Source: Obrimoposthia wandeli
Lineage: Eukaryota
Direction: 5' to 3'
NCBI GenBank assembly: GCA_977020255.1
Contig: CDROCS010000253.1
Span: 4,030,001 to 4,094,000, forward strand
DNA: 64,000 bases
Both the position numbers and the translations under genes were made by a program. Numbering within the stretch: the stretch's first letter is position 1; every line of letters begins with the position of its first letter. This document shows, in pieces, positions 48,751 to 59,288 of this stretch. The notes under the pieces were generated by a model. That model was not told the DNA's origin. It searched no databases and saw only the letters and a program-made list of their open reading frames with translations.

Positions 48751-51700
48751 ATGAACACTACGGGTATCTATGAACAACTAATTACTCAATTAGTTGAACA
48801 AAACTTAGATCGTGAATCCTTTCATGTTGGCGAACGCTTATTAGAGTCTGGTGAAGCGGCAATGTGGTTATCACGTTTCTTAACGCGCATCATTGAAGTT
48901 GCTATGGATTCTGTTCCTGCGGGTGACACTAGAATTAGTGAACAAATAGGCCTCGCCAATACCATTGTTCAGTGGCTTAGTAAGCATATTAAAGATGACC
49001 AACTAATCAGTGAAAACCTACTAGATAGCCAAGGGAAAATTCTTACTGCGCTATTTGATAAAACTAATCCTATTGCAGCTGACTTACCCAAGTACGTTGA
49101 AGCAATAATGCCGATAACAGGGCTAACACAGAGTGAATTATTTTGTGGTAGTAACGTTGGCGTGTCGTTAGAGACAGAGATAAAAAGAGAAATTCAATCT
49201 TCTGATAAAATTTACTGGCTGGTTTCATTTATAAAATGGACAGGCATTCGGATATTCAAAAAAGAGTTAGAGTCGTTTACCCGTAGTGGTAAGCATCTAA
49301 AAATAATCACCACCTCTTACATGGGCGCTACCGATGCCAAAGCCGTAGAGTTTTTAGCATCATTGCCCAACACCGAAGTAAAGCTTAGTTACAATACGAA
49401 CCGTGAACGCCTGCACGCAAAATCGTATCTATTCATGCGTAATACTGGCTTTGATACCGGTTATATTGGCTCTTCTAATTTATCTCATTCAGCCTTAACC
49501 AGTGGTTTAGAGTGGAACCTAAAAATCACCTCGCAAGAAATCCCACACATTATTAAAAAATCACTCAGTACCTTTGAAACCTATTGGGAATCACCTGACT
49601 TTGAACATTTTGATGGTGAAATGGAAAGTCGTGAAAAGTTAAGTAATGCATTACAAGAAGCAAGAGGCAGCTTTAATCCTACAACGCCTAGTTTCTATTT
49701 TGATATCAAACCACATTCTCATCAGCAAACAATATTAGAAAAATTACAGGTTGAGCGTGATCTACATGGTCGCTATCGAAACTTGGTGGTGGCAGCAACA
49801 GGCACAGGTAAAACTATTATTTCTGCGTTTGATTTTTCACGTTTCTATAATGAAAATCCCGAAGCTAAGTTTTTGTTTATTGCCCACAGAGAAGAAATTC
49901 TAAAACAAGCATTGGGTGCGTACCGTGGCGTATTAAAAAATAGTGATTTTGGTGAGTTGTGGGTTGGTAATAACAAACCGAGTAAGTATCAACACCTGTT
50001 CGCCTCAATTCAAAGTCTGCACACTCAATTTGGCAATCAACTTAACAGTCAAACTAATACCTTAGCGCTAAGTGAAGATTACTTTGATTATATTGTTATT
50101 GATGAAGTTCATCATATTTCAGCGAGTAGCTACCGCTCTGTATTAAAGCACTTTAGTCCTCAAATATTATTGGGATTAACGGCAACACCTGAACGACACG
50201 ATGGTACTGACATTTTAAGTGACTTTTGTAATGTTATTGCCGCAGAAATCAGGTTACCTGAAGCGATTAATCAACGTCACCTTTCACCCTTTCAATATTT
50301 TGGCATAGATGATAATACTGACTTAACTAAAATACCATGGTCTAAAGGCCGTTATGATATTGCCGAATTAACAAACCTTTATACGCATAACGATCAACGG
50401 GTCTTGCGTATTCTGCAAAGTCTTAGTGAGGTTATTACTGATACCTCTCAGATGCGAGCATTGGCGTTTTGTGTTAGTAAAGAACATGCAAAATTTATGG
50501 CACAAAAGTTCACGTTACATAATATTGCTTGTGGCGTATTGACCAGCGATAACAGTAAAGACCGTGAATTTATGCAGCAACAGCTAAGATCAAAAAAAAT
50601 CAATGTATTGTTTGTCGTCGATATATTTAATGAGGGTGTCGATATACCCGAATTAGACACGTTATTATTTTTACGCCCTACCGAAAGCTTAACGATATTT
50701 CTTCAGCAACTCGGCCGTGGACTGCGATTAACCAACGATAAAGAATGTTGCACTATTTTAGATTTTGTCGGTAATTCACGTCCTGAATATGACTTTTCCC
50801 ATAAATTTAGAGCATTAGTGGGTAAAACTAATCAGGCAATAGCGAAAGAAGTTAAACAAGGCTTCCCTCACCTGCCATTAGGTTGCCGCATTGAGTTACA
50901 AGAAAAAACTCAAGCAATGATCCTTAAAAACATTAGCCAAGCGACATTAAACAAAAACAAGTTAATCGGCTTAATAATCAGCTTCCAGCATGATACAAAA
51001 TTACCGTTAACGCTGACTAACTTTTTACACCTCAACGATAGCATTACCCTAGAAGATATTTACAAAATTAAAATTGGCAAGTTTGGTGGCTGGTCAGTAT
51101 TACTTACCGCTAGCAAAGGCAAAGAGCAAAACAACGAAATAGCGCCAGCGAATAAAGACCTTTATGCGGCTTATTATCGAGCCATTAATAACCGCTTACT
51201 CAATTGCTCATCAATCTCGTATTTACGTTTTATTAAAGCGCTTTGCGATAACGATTTTTCCATATCGTCAATTAGCGATGTCAACACAGATAAAAACCTA
51301 CAAAATCATCAGCAACAGTTTGCTTTGATGTGCCATTATGATTTTTGGGACAAAACAGGTAAATCACTTGGCTTTAGTGACGTGGCGACAAGCTTATTAG
51401 CACTGAGAAACACAACACTACTTAGCGAGTTAACCGAAGTTATTTCAATACTTATTGAACGACTTGAAGTGAGCGAGTTTACTATGCCAAAAGTTAACAA
51501 TTCGGTAGTAGATTCATCGCCACTTAACATGCATGTTCGCTACCCGAAAGAACATATTCTGGTCGCATTTGGTGATAGTACCTTTACTAAAAAATCATCT
51601 AGTCGTGAAGGTGTTTTAAATATCGCTAACGCGAATACTGAACTATTGTTTGTGACGTTGAATAAATGTGAAAAGCAATTTTCCGCCACCACCATGTATC

Positions 51701-52065
51701 ACGATTACGCCATTAGCCCGACCTTGTTTCATTGGCAAACGCAAAACAGCGCTAGGCCAAATTCAGGTCGAGGTTTAGGTTATATTGAGCAGAAAGAAAA
51801 CAACAAAACCTTCCTGTTATTTGTGCGTGAGCAAGGCAAAGATGAAAATGGCAGAACCATGGGCTTTGTCAACTTTGGCCCTGTCGATTTTGTTAAATAT
51901 GAAGGCAGTCAGCCGATGAATATCACATGGAAACTTAAACATCCCATGCCAGCATATTTGTGGCATGAGACGGCTAAGCTGGCGGTTTTAAAAGGGTTAA
52001 CTTGTATAAAACAGTCATTAAAACTTGTACTTAGGCCATTGCCATTTATGAAAATAGCAAAATAA
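48751..52065 (+). CDS. PLD nuclease-SF2 helicase-DUF3427 protein (SauUSI-like type IV restriction enzyme)
   Basis: PLD HxK (RLHAKSY) + GSSNLS; Walker A ATGTGKT; DEVHH; GLTATPER; DIFNEGVDIP; QQLGRGLR; DUF3427-like C-terminus (YHDYAIS..LFHWQTQN). Confidence 0.85.
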   Translation: MNTTGIYEQLITQLVEQNLDRESFHVGERLLESGEAAMWLSRFLTRIIEVAMDSVPAGDTRISEQIGLANTIVQWLSKHIKDDQLISENLLDSQGKILTALFDKTNPIAADLPKYVEAIMPITGLTQSELFCGSNVGVSLETEIKREIQSSDKIYWLVSFIKWTGIRIFKKELESFTRSGKHLKIITTSYMGATDAKAVEFLASLPNTEVKLSYNTNRERLHAKSYLFMRNTGFDTGYIGSSNLSHSALTSGLEWNLKITSQEIPHIIKKSLSTFETYWESPDFEHFDGEMESREKLSNALQEARGSFNPTTPSFYFDIKPHSHQQTILEKLQVERDLHGRYRNLVVAATGTGKTIISAFDFSRFYNENPEAKFLFIAHREEILKQALGAYRGVLKNSDFGELWVGNNKPSKYQHLFASIQSLHTQFGNQLNSQTNTLALSEDYFDYIVIDEVHHISASSYRSVLKHFSPQILLGLTATPERHDGTDILSDFCNVIAAEIRLPEAINQRHLSPFQYFGIDDNTDLTKIPWSKGRYDIAELTNLYTHNDQRVLRILQSLSEVITDTSQMRALAFCVSKEHAKFMAQKFTLHNIACGVLTSDNSKDREFMQQQLRSKKINVLFVVDIFNEGVDIPELDTLLFLRPTESLTIFLQQLGRGLRLTNDKECCTILDFVGNSRPEYDFSHKFRALVGKTNQAIAKEVKQGFPHLPLGCRIELQEKTQAMILKNISQATLNKNKLIGLIISFQHDTKLPLTLTNFLHLNDSITLEDIYKIKIGKFGGWSVLLTASKGKEQNNEIAPANKDLYAAYYRAINNRLLNCSSISYLRFIKALCDNDFSISSISDVNTDKNLQNHQQQFALMCHYDFWDKTGKSLGFSDVATSLLALRNTTLLSELTEVISILIERLEVSEFTMPKVNNSVVDSSPLNMHVRYPKEHILVAFGDSTFTKKSSSREGVLNIANANTELLFVTLNKCEKQFSATTMYHDYAISPTLFHWQTQNSARPNSGRGLGYIEQKENNKTFLLFVREQGKDENGRTMGFVNFGPVDFVKYEGSQPMNITWKLKHPMPAYLWHETAKLAVLKGLTCIKQSLKLVLRPLPFMKIAK

Positions 52066-54585
52066 GCTCTGGCCCCATTATTCTATAATTAAACTTCATT
52101 GAAACAATCATTTCGAATTAATTGTATTTTTCTATTACTCTAAATTTTAGCAGTATAAACTCAAAAGATATCCTGTCTAGAACTCAAATTATTCATTTGC
52201 CCACTCTAAGTGACTTACAAACTTAAAACATATATCTGAAATTTCAATTCGTTAAACTCAATCTTCTGTTCCTAGCAAACAGTCCCAACCAATTACTGGT
52301 TAAGAGTCCATCTTGCATGCTTCTTGTAACTGGCTCCAGTAGATAATTTGTTTTCAGCTTTGATTTTAACTGAAATATATCCTTCAGTAATGACATGTTT
52401 TTAATTAATTTATACCACTCTGAACTATTCTAAATATTTTCTTAGAGTATTCCTGAAAATTGTGGCTAGCACTTCTAAACCAAGGTTTCGTAAAAGGTTA
52501 AGCTTGTAAAATACAAATAAAAATCATCTCGAAGTACTTTTTAATGTCTTCTTTTGCATTAGCCGTAACAAAATGAAAAAATCGATCATAATCAGTTAAA
52601 ATTTCTTCATCGGTTATTATCAACTACTGGGGCTACAATCTCTGACGTTGCCTATGTTCTCGTAAAGTAATTTTTTTTTTGGGTTTACTGAAAGTATATT
52701 CGATAATCTTTTAAACAACTCTTCATTTGTCATTTGAGATTCAAATACCTAACAAAATGCTAAATATCCAGCTAATCCTCAACCATTGAACTTCTTCACT
52801 TAGTTAAAATATAGATTTGTAAATATTCTCAGAAACTCTATTTATAAACCCAGCCCCCGGTATTGGCTTTGAGATTTTTCATTATTAATTTGTGGAAAAA
52901 AGCCCAATCTACACTGTTTGAGCTTTCATTATTTGATATTCGACCTTTTCATCATATTTTTGACCTTTGCAAATGGCATATCTTGCCTCAAATTTAGCTC
53001 ACCAATAAAACGGATTAATCTATAAAATAACTTTTTTACCAAACATATGAGAGCTTTTAAGTATTTTGTCGATCACCTCTATATTCAATCGGTTTTGTAT
53101 AACAAAGTTTCTAAATTCTTTTCGGTTTGAGCCAAATTGATTTCGATTGTTGCCACCATTCATATATTCAAGGTTTCATCTGAATCTGGTTACAGGAATT
53201 TGAACTTAATAACTATTAATCTTTGTAATATGCAGAAATCCGAGGAATAAGTGAATCATCAGTGATTCAATCCGTTTCCTGCGCCAATAATTTTAGTTCT
53301 ATTAAGGATTTCATTGTAGCAACGATCTTAATAGCAGCTTTATTTATTTTTCATAAAAGACCGAATCTGGTATTAATTAAAAGCATCCTCTGCACCATTT
53401 ATTCTTGTTTTCAATTTTCATTGAAAGGTATATGTAGACGCATTTTCCAAAATTATTATCATCCCACTGAACTACAGGGCTCTGCATTTATTACATTCTA
53501 AATAGCCATTCTTTCCAATTAAAAACAATCAATTTAAATACGTGTCATTATACATTATCAATTTTCATACATTTTTCTTACCATTCACTGTTGAAAAATA
53601 CTCTTCAGCTGTTTTTCAATAATCTAATTTTCACTGAATATTCTATTAGAACTATAACGTAATCAAATCCAGCATTTTTATGATGCATGAGGGCTTTGCC
53701 CAAAGCCGAGGGGCTCAAGTATGAGTTGATATCAATATTCACAAATACCTGCATTGCCACCAGTGTTGAATGAGTTAACTAATTGATCTTTTCACCGATT
53801 TACTTGTTTTTCTTCGTAAACGGCTTATCACTATTAGAAAAAAAGGCATGCTGTGATATCTTCTGTATACCCAGCTTTTACCCGCATCTGACCAAACACA
53901 GCATATCACTCAAACATTTTACATTTCAGTAGTTTATTGTATAATCTTCAATACCATAATGAGTATGTGAATTTGCACCAATAGATTCCATTTTATTATT
54001 AACCCGCCATTTTCTCGCTTTTTAGTAATCCAGCAAACAAGTCAATTTAAATTATAATCAAATAATTTACTCTCAAGAACACTGCTCTAATTTGTCAAAA
54101 AATCCAACAACCGTATGTTTTAAAGCTCTTCAGATTAGTTGGACAATAGCTGAGAGAATTTAGCTTCGGTAATATTTTAAATCTATCTAACAGCTTTCAT
54201 AAAACCCATGATTTTGATCTATTACTTAAAAAAAAGCCGGATGACAGCATGCACCATTGAAGTTTGCTTTATTTAACGCTTGTGCTGGAGGCGGCACCGC
54301 CATCGTGAATTTGATAATAGACTCTCAGATTTATTCATTAATTTCTATATCCAAATAAGAACCTTTAAATTTTGTGATTGAGTATGCATAATTTTGATTT
54401 CGTCGGTAAAATTAGTTCAATAAGGAAATAACAAGTTTTCCATTACTACCATTCCCTCAATTGTTGCATTCTTTTCAATCGCTCACGTTGCATAACCAAT
54501 GCTTCAAATAAATCATCGACTGATGAGTTATCTGAGATTTAATTACCAGCAGCGCAATATTAGCTCAGCAAAAACTTGGCATACT
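51988..54585 (-). pseudogene. ~2.6-kb AT-rich block of heavily decayed, unidentified minus-strand gene(s)
   Basis: No long ORF, but several protein-like 30-60 aa fragments interrupted by stops (e.g. VFESQMTNEELFKRLSNILS, LIITDEEILTDYDRFFHFV, SEWYKLIKNMSLLKDIFQLK); visibly lower GC than the flanks. Confidence 0.5.
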
Positions 54586-54761
54586 GCAAGGTGTTTGGCA
54601 TCACGACCTGAGCCTGCACCTAAATCTAGAATTCTCGCATGAGCATTATTTATAACGGATTGTACAAATTGAGACCAGCTTTTATGTACCTGTTCAAATG
54701 GCTTTGACAGGTATTGCTGGGCTAGTTCATTGGCATTTTCATTATAAAATTGAGGTGACAA
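54543..54761 (-). pseudogene. 3'-truncated class I SAM methyltransferase
   Basis: FYNENANELAQQY...ARILDLGAGSGRDAKHLA, then out-of-family sequence and a stop right after motif I. Confidence 0.8.
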
Positions 54762-54972
54762 TCGCGTGGTCCTTTCGCGTGGGTATTTCTACAATTCCAT
54801 TTTACCCAAAGAGAATCTACTAATCATTGTTCTTTGTCAATACAATGCACATTAAAAAGTACAATGTCATACTTAAAATACCTATAAAAATCAGTAGTAT
54901 TGCATGATTACTAAAATCTACTTGGTTTTACATACGTATACTTATTAAACGGCAATGCAAAGCTTAATGATA

Positions 54973-55005
54973 ATGGATCTTCGACTAGTAACTTCGAAGA
55001 TGCCG
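54973..55005 (+). repeat. ATGACG-family REP-like right arm
   Basis: ATGGATCTTCGACTAGTAACTTCGAAGATGCCG; hairpin ATCTTCGA/TCGAAGAT; near-identical to 60464-60496. Confidence 0.65.
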
Positions 55006-55092
55006 ATTACAGTGAGATCCTGAGTAAACTTCATCGGCATATTATTTTATCTATTAACTCGCCCTACCCCATTAAAATTCGTCTTTAAATTT

Positions 55093-55108
55093 AGTGATGC
55101 AAATCACA
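55093..55108 (+). promoter_or_regulatory. Possible CRP site upstream of the amino-acid symporter
   Basis: AGTGA-N6-TCACA. Confidence 0.4.
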
Positions 55109-55273
55109 ATGTAAATAAGAATGACAAAGAGTTACTACACTAAGTCAGCATAATAGCGTACAGTTGCGAAAAAATTGGCCCTACTCAGCGATGATCGCTA
55201 TACCAGCGATATTAGGTAAACCCTGAGTTGTTATCAATTCTCGCCAATTATTCACCTGCAATACGAGTAGTCT

Positions 55274-56686
55274 ATGTTAGAAACATCAATCAATTTAATT
55301 AATTCCCTTTTATGGGAGACCGTACTTATTTATGGCCTAGTCGGTGCTGGTATCTTTTTCACTTTACGTTTGGGCTTTATTCAAATATCTCATTTTGGTC
55401 ACGCGGTAGGTTTGATGAAAATTAGCCGTCATGGGGCTAAAGATGGGTTATCTTCATTTCAAATATTTTGTACCAGTATGGCTGCCCGTGTGGGAGCAGG
55501 TAATATGGCTGGTGTCGCTGTGGCATTAACCACAGGTGGCCCAGGGGCCATTTTTTGGATGTGGCTTATTGCCTTTTTAGGTATGGCAACATCAATGGTT
55601 GAGTCTACCCTTGCGCAAGTATTTAAAGTAAAAGATGGAGAAGGACAATTTCGTGGTGGCCCCTCTTATTACATGGATAAAGGCTTGGGACAAAAGTGGA
55701 TGGGCTATTTATTCGCGATACTGCTAATTATTGCCTTTGGTCTGGTCTTCAATGCTGTGCAAGCCAATACCATTACCGGTGCGATGAGTGCAGTGTTTGA
55801 CTTTGATGCCACGGTAGTTGGTATTGTTATCTCGATAGCCAGTGGTTTGGTGATTATGGGAGGACTGAACAAAGTCGCTAAAGTGTCTGAGGTTTTAGTG
55901 CCTATTATGGCGTTAACCTATTTGTCTGTTGCCACTGTCGTTGTGTTGATGAATATAGAAAAATTACCCAGTGTTTTTAGCCTTATTATTAATAGTGCCT
56001 TTGGTTGGCAAGAAGCAGCAAGTGGCGGTGTCGCTTTTGCAATTGCACAAGCAATGAAAGCGGGTATCGCCCGTGGTTTATTCTCTAACGAGGCGGGCAT
56101 GGGTAGCGCAGCAAATATAGCAGCAAGTGCTACACCTAATCCAAATCATCCTGCTTCACAGGGTTTCATTCAAATGTTTGGCGTTTTTGTCGATACCTTA
56201 GTTATTTGTACCGCAACTGCCGCAATAATTCTGCTCGCAGGTGATACGGGTAATGCTGCCGATGGTATTGCTATTACGATTGCCGCCTTAGAATTTCACG
56301 TGGGCGCTTGGGGTGGCACCTTTATCGCTGGTTCAATAATCCTGTTCTGCTTTACCTCTATTATTGCTAATTACAGTTATGCAGAAACTAACATTATGTT
56401 TCTCTCGAACCATAAAACTACCTTTTTACCGCTGTTTCGCGTGTGTGTTGTTGCCATGGTAATGTTTGGCGCCGTCGCAAAAATAGATATAGTTTGGGCA
56501 CTTGCTGATGCTTCTATGGGAATGATGGCATTAGTCAATTTAATCGCGTTGTTATTGCTCTCAAATATTGCCATCAAGGTAATTAAGCATTACAAAGCGC
56601 AGCGCAAGGCTGGTATTGAACCAAACTTTGTTGCTGCTGATTTTCCTGAATTGAAGGGTAAAACTGAAGACGGAATTTGGAAGTAA
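55274..56686 (+). CDS. Alanine/glycine:cation symporter (AgcS/AlsT family)
   Basis: ARVGAGNMAGVA, GGPGAIFWMW, RGGPSYY, RGLFSNEAGMGSA, FVDTLVICT. Confidence 0.93.
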   Translation: MLETSINLINSLLWETVLIYGLVGAGIFFTLRLGFIQISHFGHAVGLMKISRHGAKDGLSSFQIFCTSMAARVGAGNMAGVAVALTTGGPGAIFWMWLIAFLGMATSMVESTLAQVFKVKDGEGQFRGGPSYYMDKGLGQKWMGYLFAILLIIAFGLVFNAVQANTITGAMSAVFDFDATVVGIVISIASGLVIMGGLNKVAKVSEVLVPIMALTYLSVATVVVLMNIEKLPSVFSLIINSAFGWQEAASGGVAFAIAQAMKAGIARGLFSNEAGMGSAANIAASATPNPNHPASQGFIQMFGVFVDTLVICTATAAIILLAGDTGNAADGIAITIAALEFHVGAWGGTFIAGSIILFCFTSIIANYSYAETNIMFLSNHKTTFLPLFRVCVVAMVMFGAVAKIDIVWALADASMGMMALVNLIALLLLSNIAIKVIKHYKAQRKAGIEPNFVAADFPELKGKTEDGIWK

Positions 56687-56731
56687 CGCCTTTGCAATAG
56701 TGCCTGATTGCATTAGCTATCGTATTAATTA

Positions 56732-56759
56732 GCGACTATTGCCCATTGGTAATAGTCGC
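56732..56759. terminator. Hairpin (probable terminator) after the symporter gene
   Basis: GCGACTATT-GCCCATTGGT-AATAGTCGC. Confidence 0.6.
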
Positions 56760-57024
56760 AATGAAATAACTAGGACGTTTTAGGGATTTTCTTTAACCGT
56801 CACTTTTACCACCAAGAAGACGTTAGATGGTGCGATTTACATCTGGTTTTTGAGGGCTCTTAGAAAGAAGAGACGTAGGAGGATTGGATCATACTATCGT
56901 GCCTGCATATAAATTAGTACACTTTACGATCCACTTATCCTACTTAAAACCTTCTGATTTCATTGGCTTTCACAAAAACTGAAAGGGGTCAGGCCCTGTT
57001 AGACTATTACATTGTCTTTGGCAC

Positions 57025-57987
57025 TTACTGTAACTTATCCATTATGCTTTGCCAAAAGTACTCTGCCGCACCTTCCTGCGTTAATTTTCGATCTTGGTTC
57101 TGTCTTCCCCAATGGCTCATACCCATTGATTCAAAATACAAAACGTGGTCATCTGAAGATACCGACATGTTGTCATTACATGAATTATCCGAAGCTTTAA
57201 TATCAGCCGAATACAAAATGTCACCCATATAATTATTGCCGCCTATCCAAATTTTACATTCAGAAATACTTGCACCATCATTATAAACAACAGCAGAAAA
57301 ATGCTCTGCGTCTAACCTTTTAAATCTATGGGACAACTGAGGGTTCCTGTTACATAACTCCTGTAATGAGCCTTCAAAGTAATTTGCTATATATTCAAAA
57401 GTCTGATCAATAAACTCATGCTTATCTTGATCAGTAAACTCTTGCTTTACCCTTAAATTGCTAGATCTGATTATTCTTTTTGTTTCAATGGCAGAGTTAG
57501 TGCTTAACCTTTTAGATTGACTGCTTTGATTATCAATATCTTTCGTTTTATTTAGTCGACTAACTGCGGTTTTTATCGCATTTGTGATATCTAAAAATGC
57601 ATCATGCAAATTAGTATGTTTTGAAACTGGTTTACCGTCTGTCGGGGTAGCCATCAATTTACTAAAAATAGTGCTTTGCCAATCACACGGATGCAATATA
57701 ACAGGTATAACGACCGCATCTCCCGCTTCATGTCTTTCCATAGCCCTTTGCATTTCTTTTTCATAACAATAATCAGACGCTAAAAAATAAGAACTCACTA
57801 ATAACAAAACCACATCAGCTTCATCCAAAGCTAAATCTATAGATGCACCTAACTCACTACCCGCTATAATCCTTCTATCATGCCAAGTATCAATAATCCC
57901 TGATCTTTTTAACACTGCAAGGTGGGTCTCAAGTTCATCCCGTAAATCTTCGTCTCGATGAGAATATGAGAAAAATAATGTAGCCAT
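57025..57987 (-). CDS. TIR-domain protein with uncharacterised C-terminal domain
   Basis: LFFSYSHRD, W.DRRI..G, LLLVSSYFLASDYCYEKE (candidate catalytic Glu), VIPVIL.PCDW; ~170-aa extra C-terminal domain. Confidence 0.9.
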   Translation of the reverse strand: MATLFFSYSHRDEDLRDELETHLAVLKRSGIIDTWHDRRIIAGSELGASIDLALDEADVVLLLVSSYFLASDYCYEKEMQRAMERHEAGDAVVIPVILHPCDWQSTIFSKLMATPTDGKPVSKHTNLHDAFLDITNAIKTAVSRLNKTKDIDNQSSQSKRLSTNSAIETKRIIRSSNLRVKQEFTDQDKHEFIDQTFEYIANYFEGSLQELCNRNPQLSHRFKRLDAEHFSAVVYNDGASISECKIWIGGNNYMGDILYSADIKASDNSCNDNMSVSSDDHVLYFESMGMSHWGRQNQDRKLTQEGAAEYFWQSIMDKLQ

Positions 57988-58037
57988 ATATTTTAATTCG
58001 CCTTTTAAAAAGAGTAGTGTTTTATTTCATCTAAAAA

Positions 58038-58316
58038 TTAAAATAGATTATGAGGATTAATTCGAGAGTAATTAAGTGATAACCGCTCCCAAGCATCAAG
58101 AGCTTTTTGTTCCAAATTATTTGGTTGTCGGTAGCTTCCACTTCCACTAGGGTAATCTTTACTACTCAAGAATAAGTTAATGTTTTTATGATTAATCTTA
58201 ACACTTAGTACGACTGGTAAATTTTCTACCAAACAGCGTTGAATAGAATCAAAAAATATTCTTTTATCTAATGATCTTAATTCTACTTCAATACTATTTA
58301 ATTGAACTATTACCAC
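58038..58316 (-). CDS. Small hypothetical protein in the AbiE-TIR operon (possibly 3'-truncated)
   Basis: GTG start with AAGGA SD, 12 nt after the AbiEii stop; frame continues FLDEIKHYSF to 58005 after the stop. Confidence 0.6.
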   Translation of the reverse strand: MVIVQLNSIEVELRSLDKRIFFDSIQRCLVENLPVVLSVKINHKNINLFLSSKDYPSGSGSYRQPNNLEQKALDAWERLSLNYSRINPHNLF

Positions 58317-58328
58317 GACTAATTCCTT

Positions 58329-59288
58329 TTAGTTGTTAATTTCTATTGCGTCCAAAATATCATTCGTAAATGATTTAAAAACGGTAAATGCATCAGTCCA
58401 TGTGATCGGTATACGCCCATATACCATTGGAGCAACATACTTGTTAAACCGCTCTTCAAATTGGGGATTTTTTTCAAGTAGCATTAAGCCGTATTTTAAT
58501 TCTTTTATCGGATTTTCAACAAATTGAGGATGCTGGGTACCAAACCGTTCAACATCTTCATCTATAACTTGTCGAACTAGAGCTATTACGTCTTTTAAGT
58601 TTGCACTACCTGCGCTTTGAATATAAAAAGTATCATAGATATGCCGGATTAATGCAGGATCTTCACCTCTACTCTGATCTCGGTCAAAGCTTGCAGTCCG
58701 CCTGAGCATTGAAATGATTTTTTCGGCTTGTGTACTCAATATACTGGTGAATTCCATCGCATCAACTTCGGCCTTATTTTTATAAGCTTCGGCAGTTAAT
58801 GATTTTATGGCACGAGTTTCTGTTTCATCGTGAAGTGTTGTCTCAATTAACTCTAATTTAATAAAAGGTCTTAAACATGGGGCTATAGAGTGGGATTGTG
58901 TATAACGAATATTAATTACTTGATACCTATATTCATCACGCTTAATTGGCTCACCTTCAACAGAGAAGATACTGCTTTTTTCAATAGCGTCAACTATTGT
59001 CAGATAAACTTGTTTTCTTGCTTTTTTGCAAGCACCTCTTGAAGCTAATTTTTCAAAAGCATCTTGAGGGATCAGTTTAATATCAACGTCTTCTGACATT
59101 CGATGTGTTTTGATACCAGATTTAGCCAAGGCGGTACCGCCAGAAAACACCATCAGGTGAGTATCAAATGAAAGTTCAGCTAGCAACTTTAATAGTGAGA
59201 CAACGTAATAATCTTTTTCAACAATCGCAGGGTTGCCCATTTCTAAGGCATCGGAAACCTCAATAAAGGTGTTTTGATTAACCTGCAT
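58329..59288 (-). CDS. AbiEii-family nucleotidyltransferase toxin (type IV TA)
   Basis: VEKDYYV, VFSGGTAL.K, RMSEDVD (GG-T / DxD NTase), EKI, RHIYD. Confidence 0.9.
   Translation of the reverse strand: MQVNQNTFIEVSDALEMGNPAIVEKDYYVVSLLKLLAELSFDTHLMVFSGGTALAKSGIKTHRMSEDVDIKLIPQDAFEKLASRGACKKARKQVYLTIVDAIEKSSIFSVEGEPIKRDEYRYQVINIRYTQSHSIAPCLRPFIKLELIETTLHDETETRAIKSLTAEAYKNKAEVDAMEFTSILSTQAEKIISMLRRTASFDRDQSRGEDPALIRHIYDTFYIQSAGSANLKDVIALVRQVIDEDVERFGTQHPQFVENPIKELKYGLMLLEKNPQFEERFNKYVAPMVYGRIPITWTDAFTVFKSFTNDILDAIEINN

Noticed and set aside
53262-53501. 79-aa plus-strand ORF in the AT-rich block
   Set aside because: Antisense to the decayed minus-strand fragments; no motif or SD.
54271-54305. 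attC-like integron site (ATTTAAC / ...AAGCGTTAAAT on the minus strand)
   Set aside because: Only one core end is visible; no complementary box, no second cassette and no intI.
56982-56996. AAAGGGGTCAGGCCC as a REP or transposon end bounding the TIR island
   Set aside because: Single short occurrence with no partner at the other end of the island.
57025-57987. Thoeris system
   Set aside because: No ThsA (SIR2-SLOG or TM-macro) gene is adjacent; only a stand-alone TIR.
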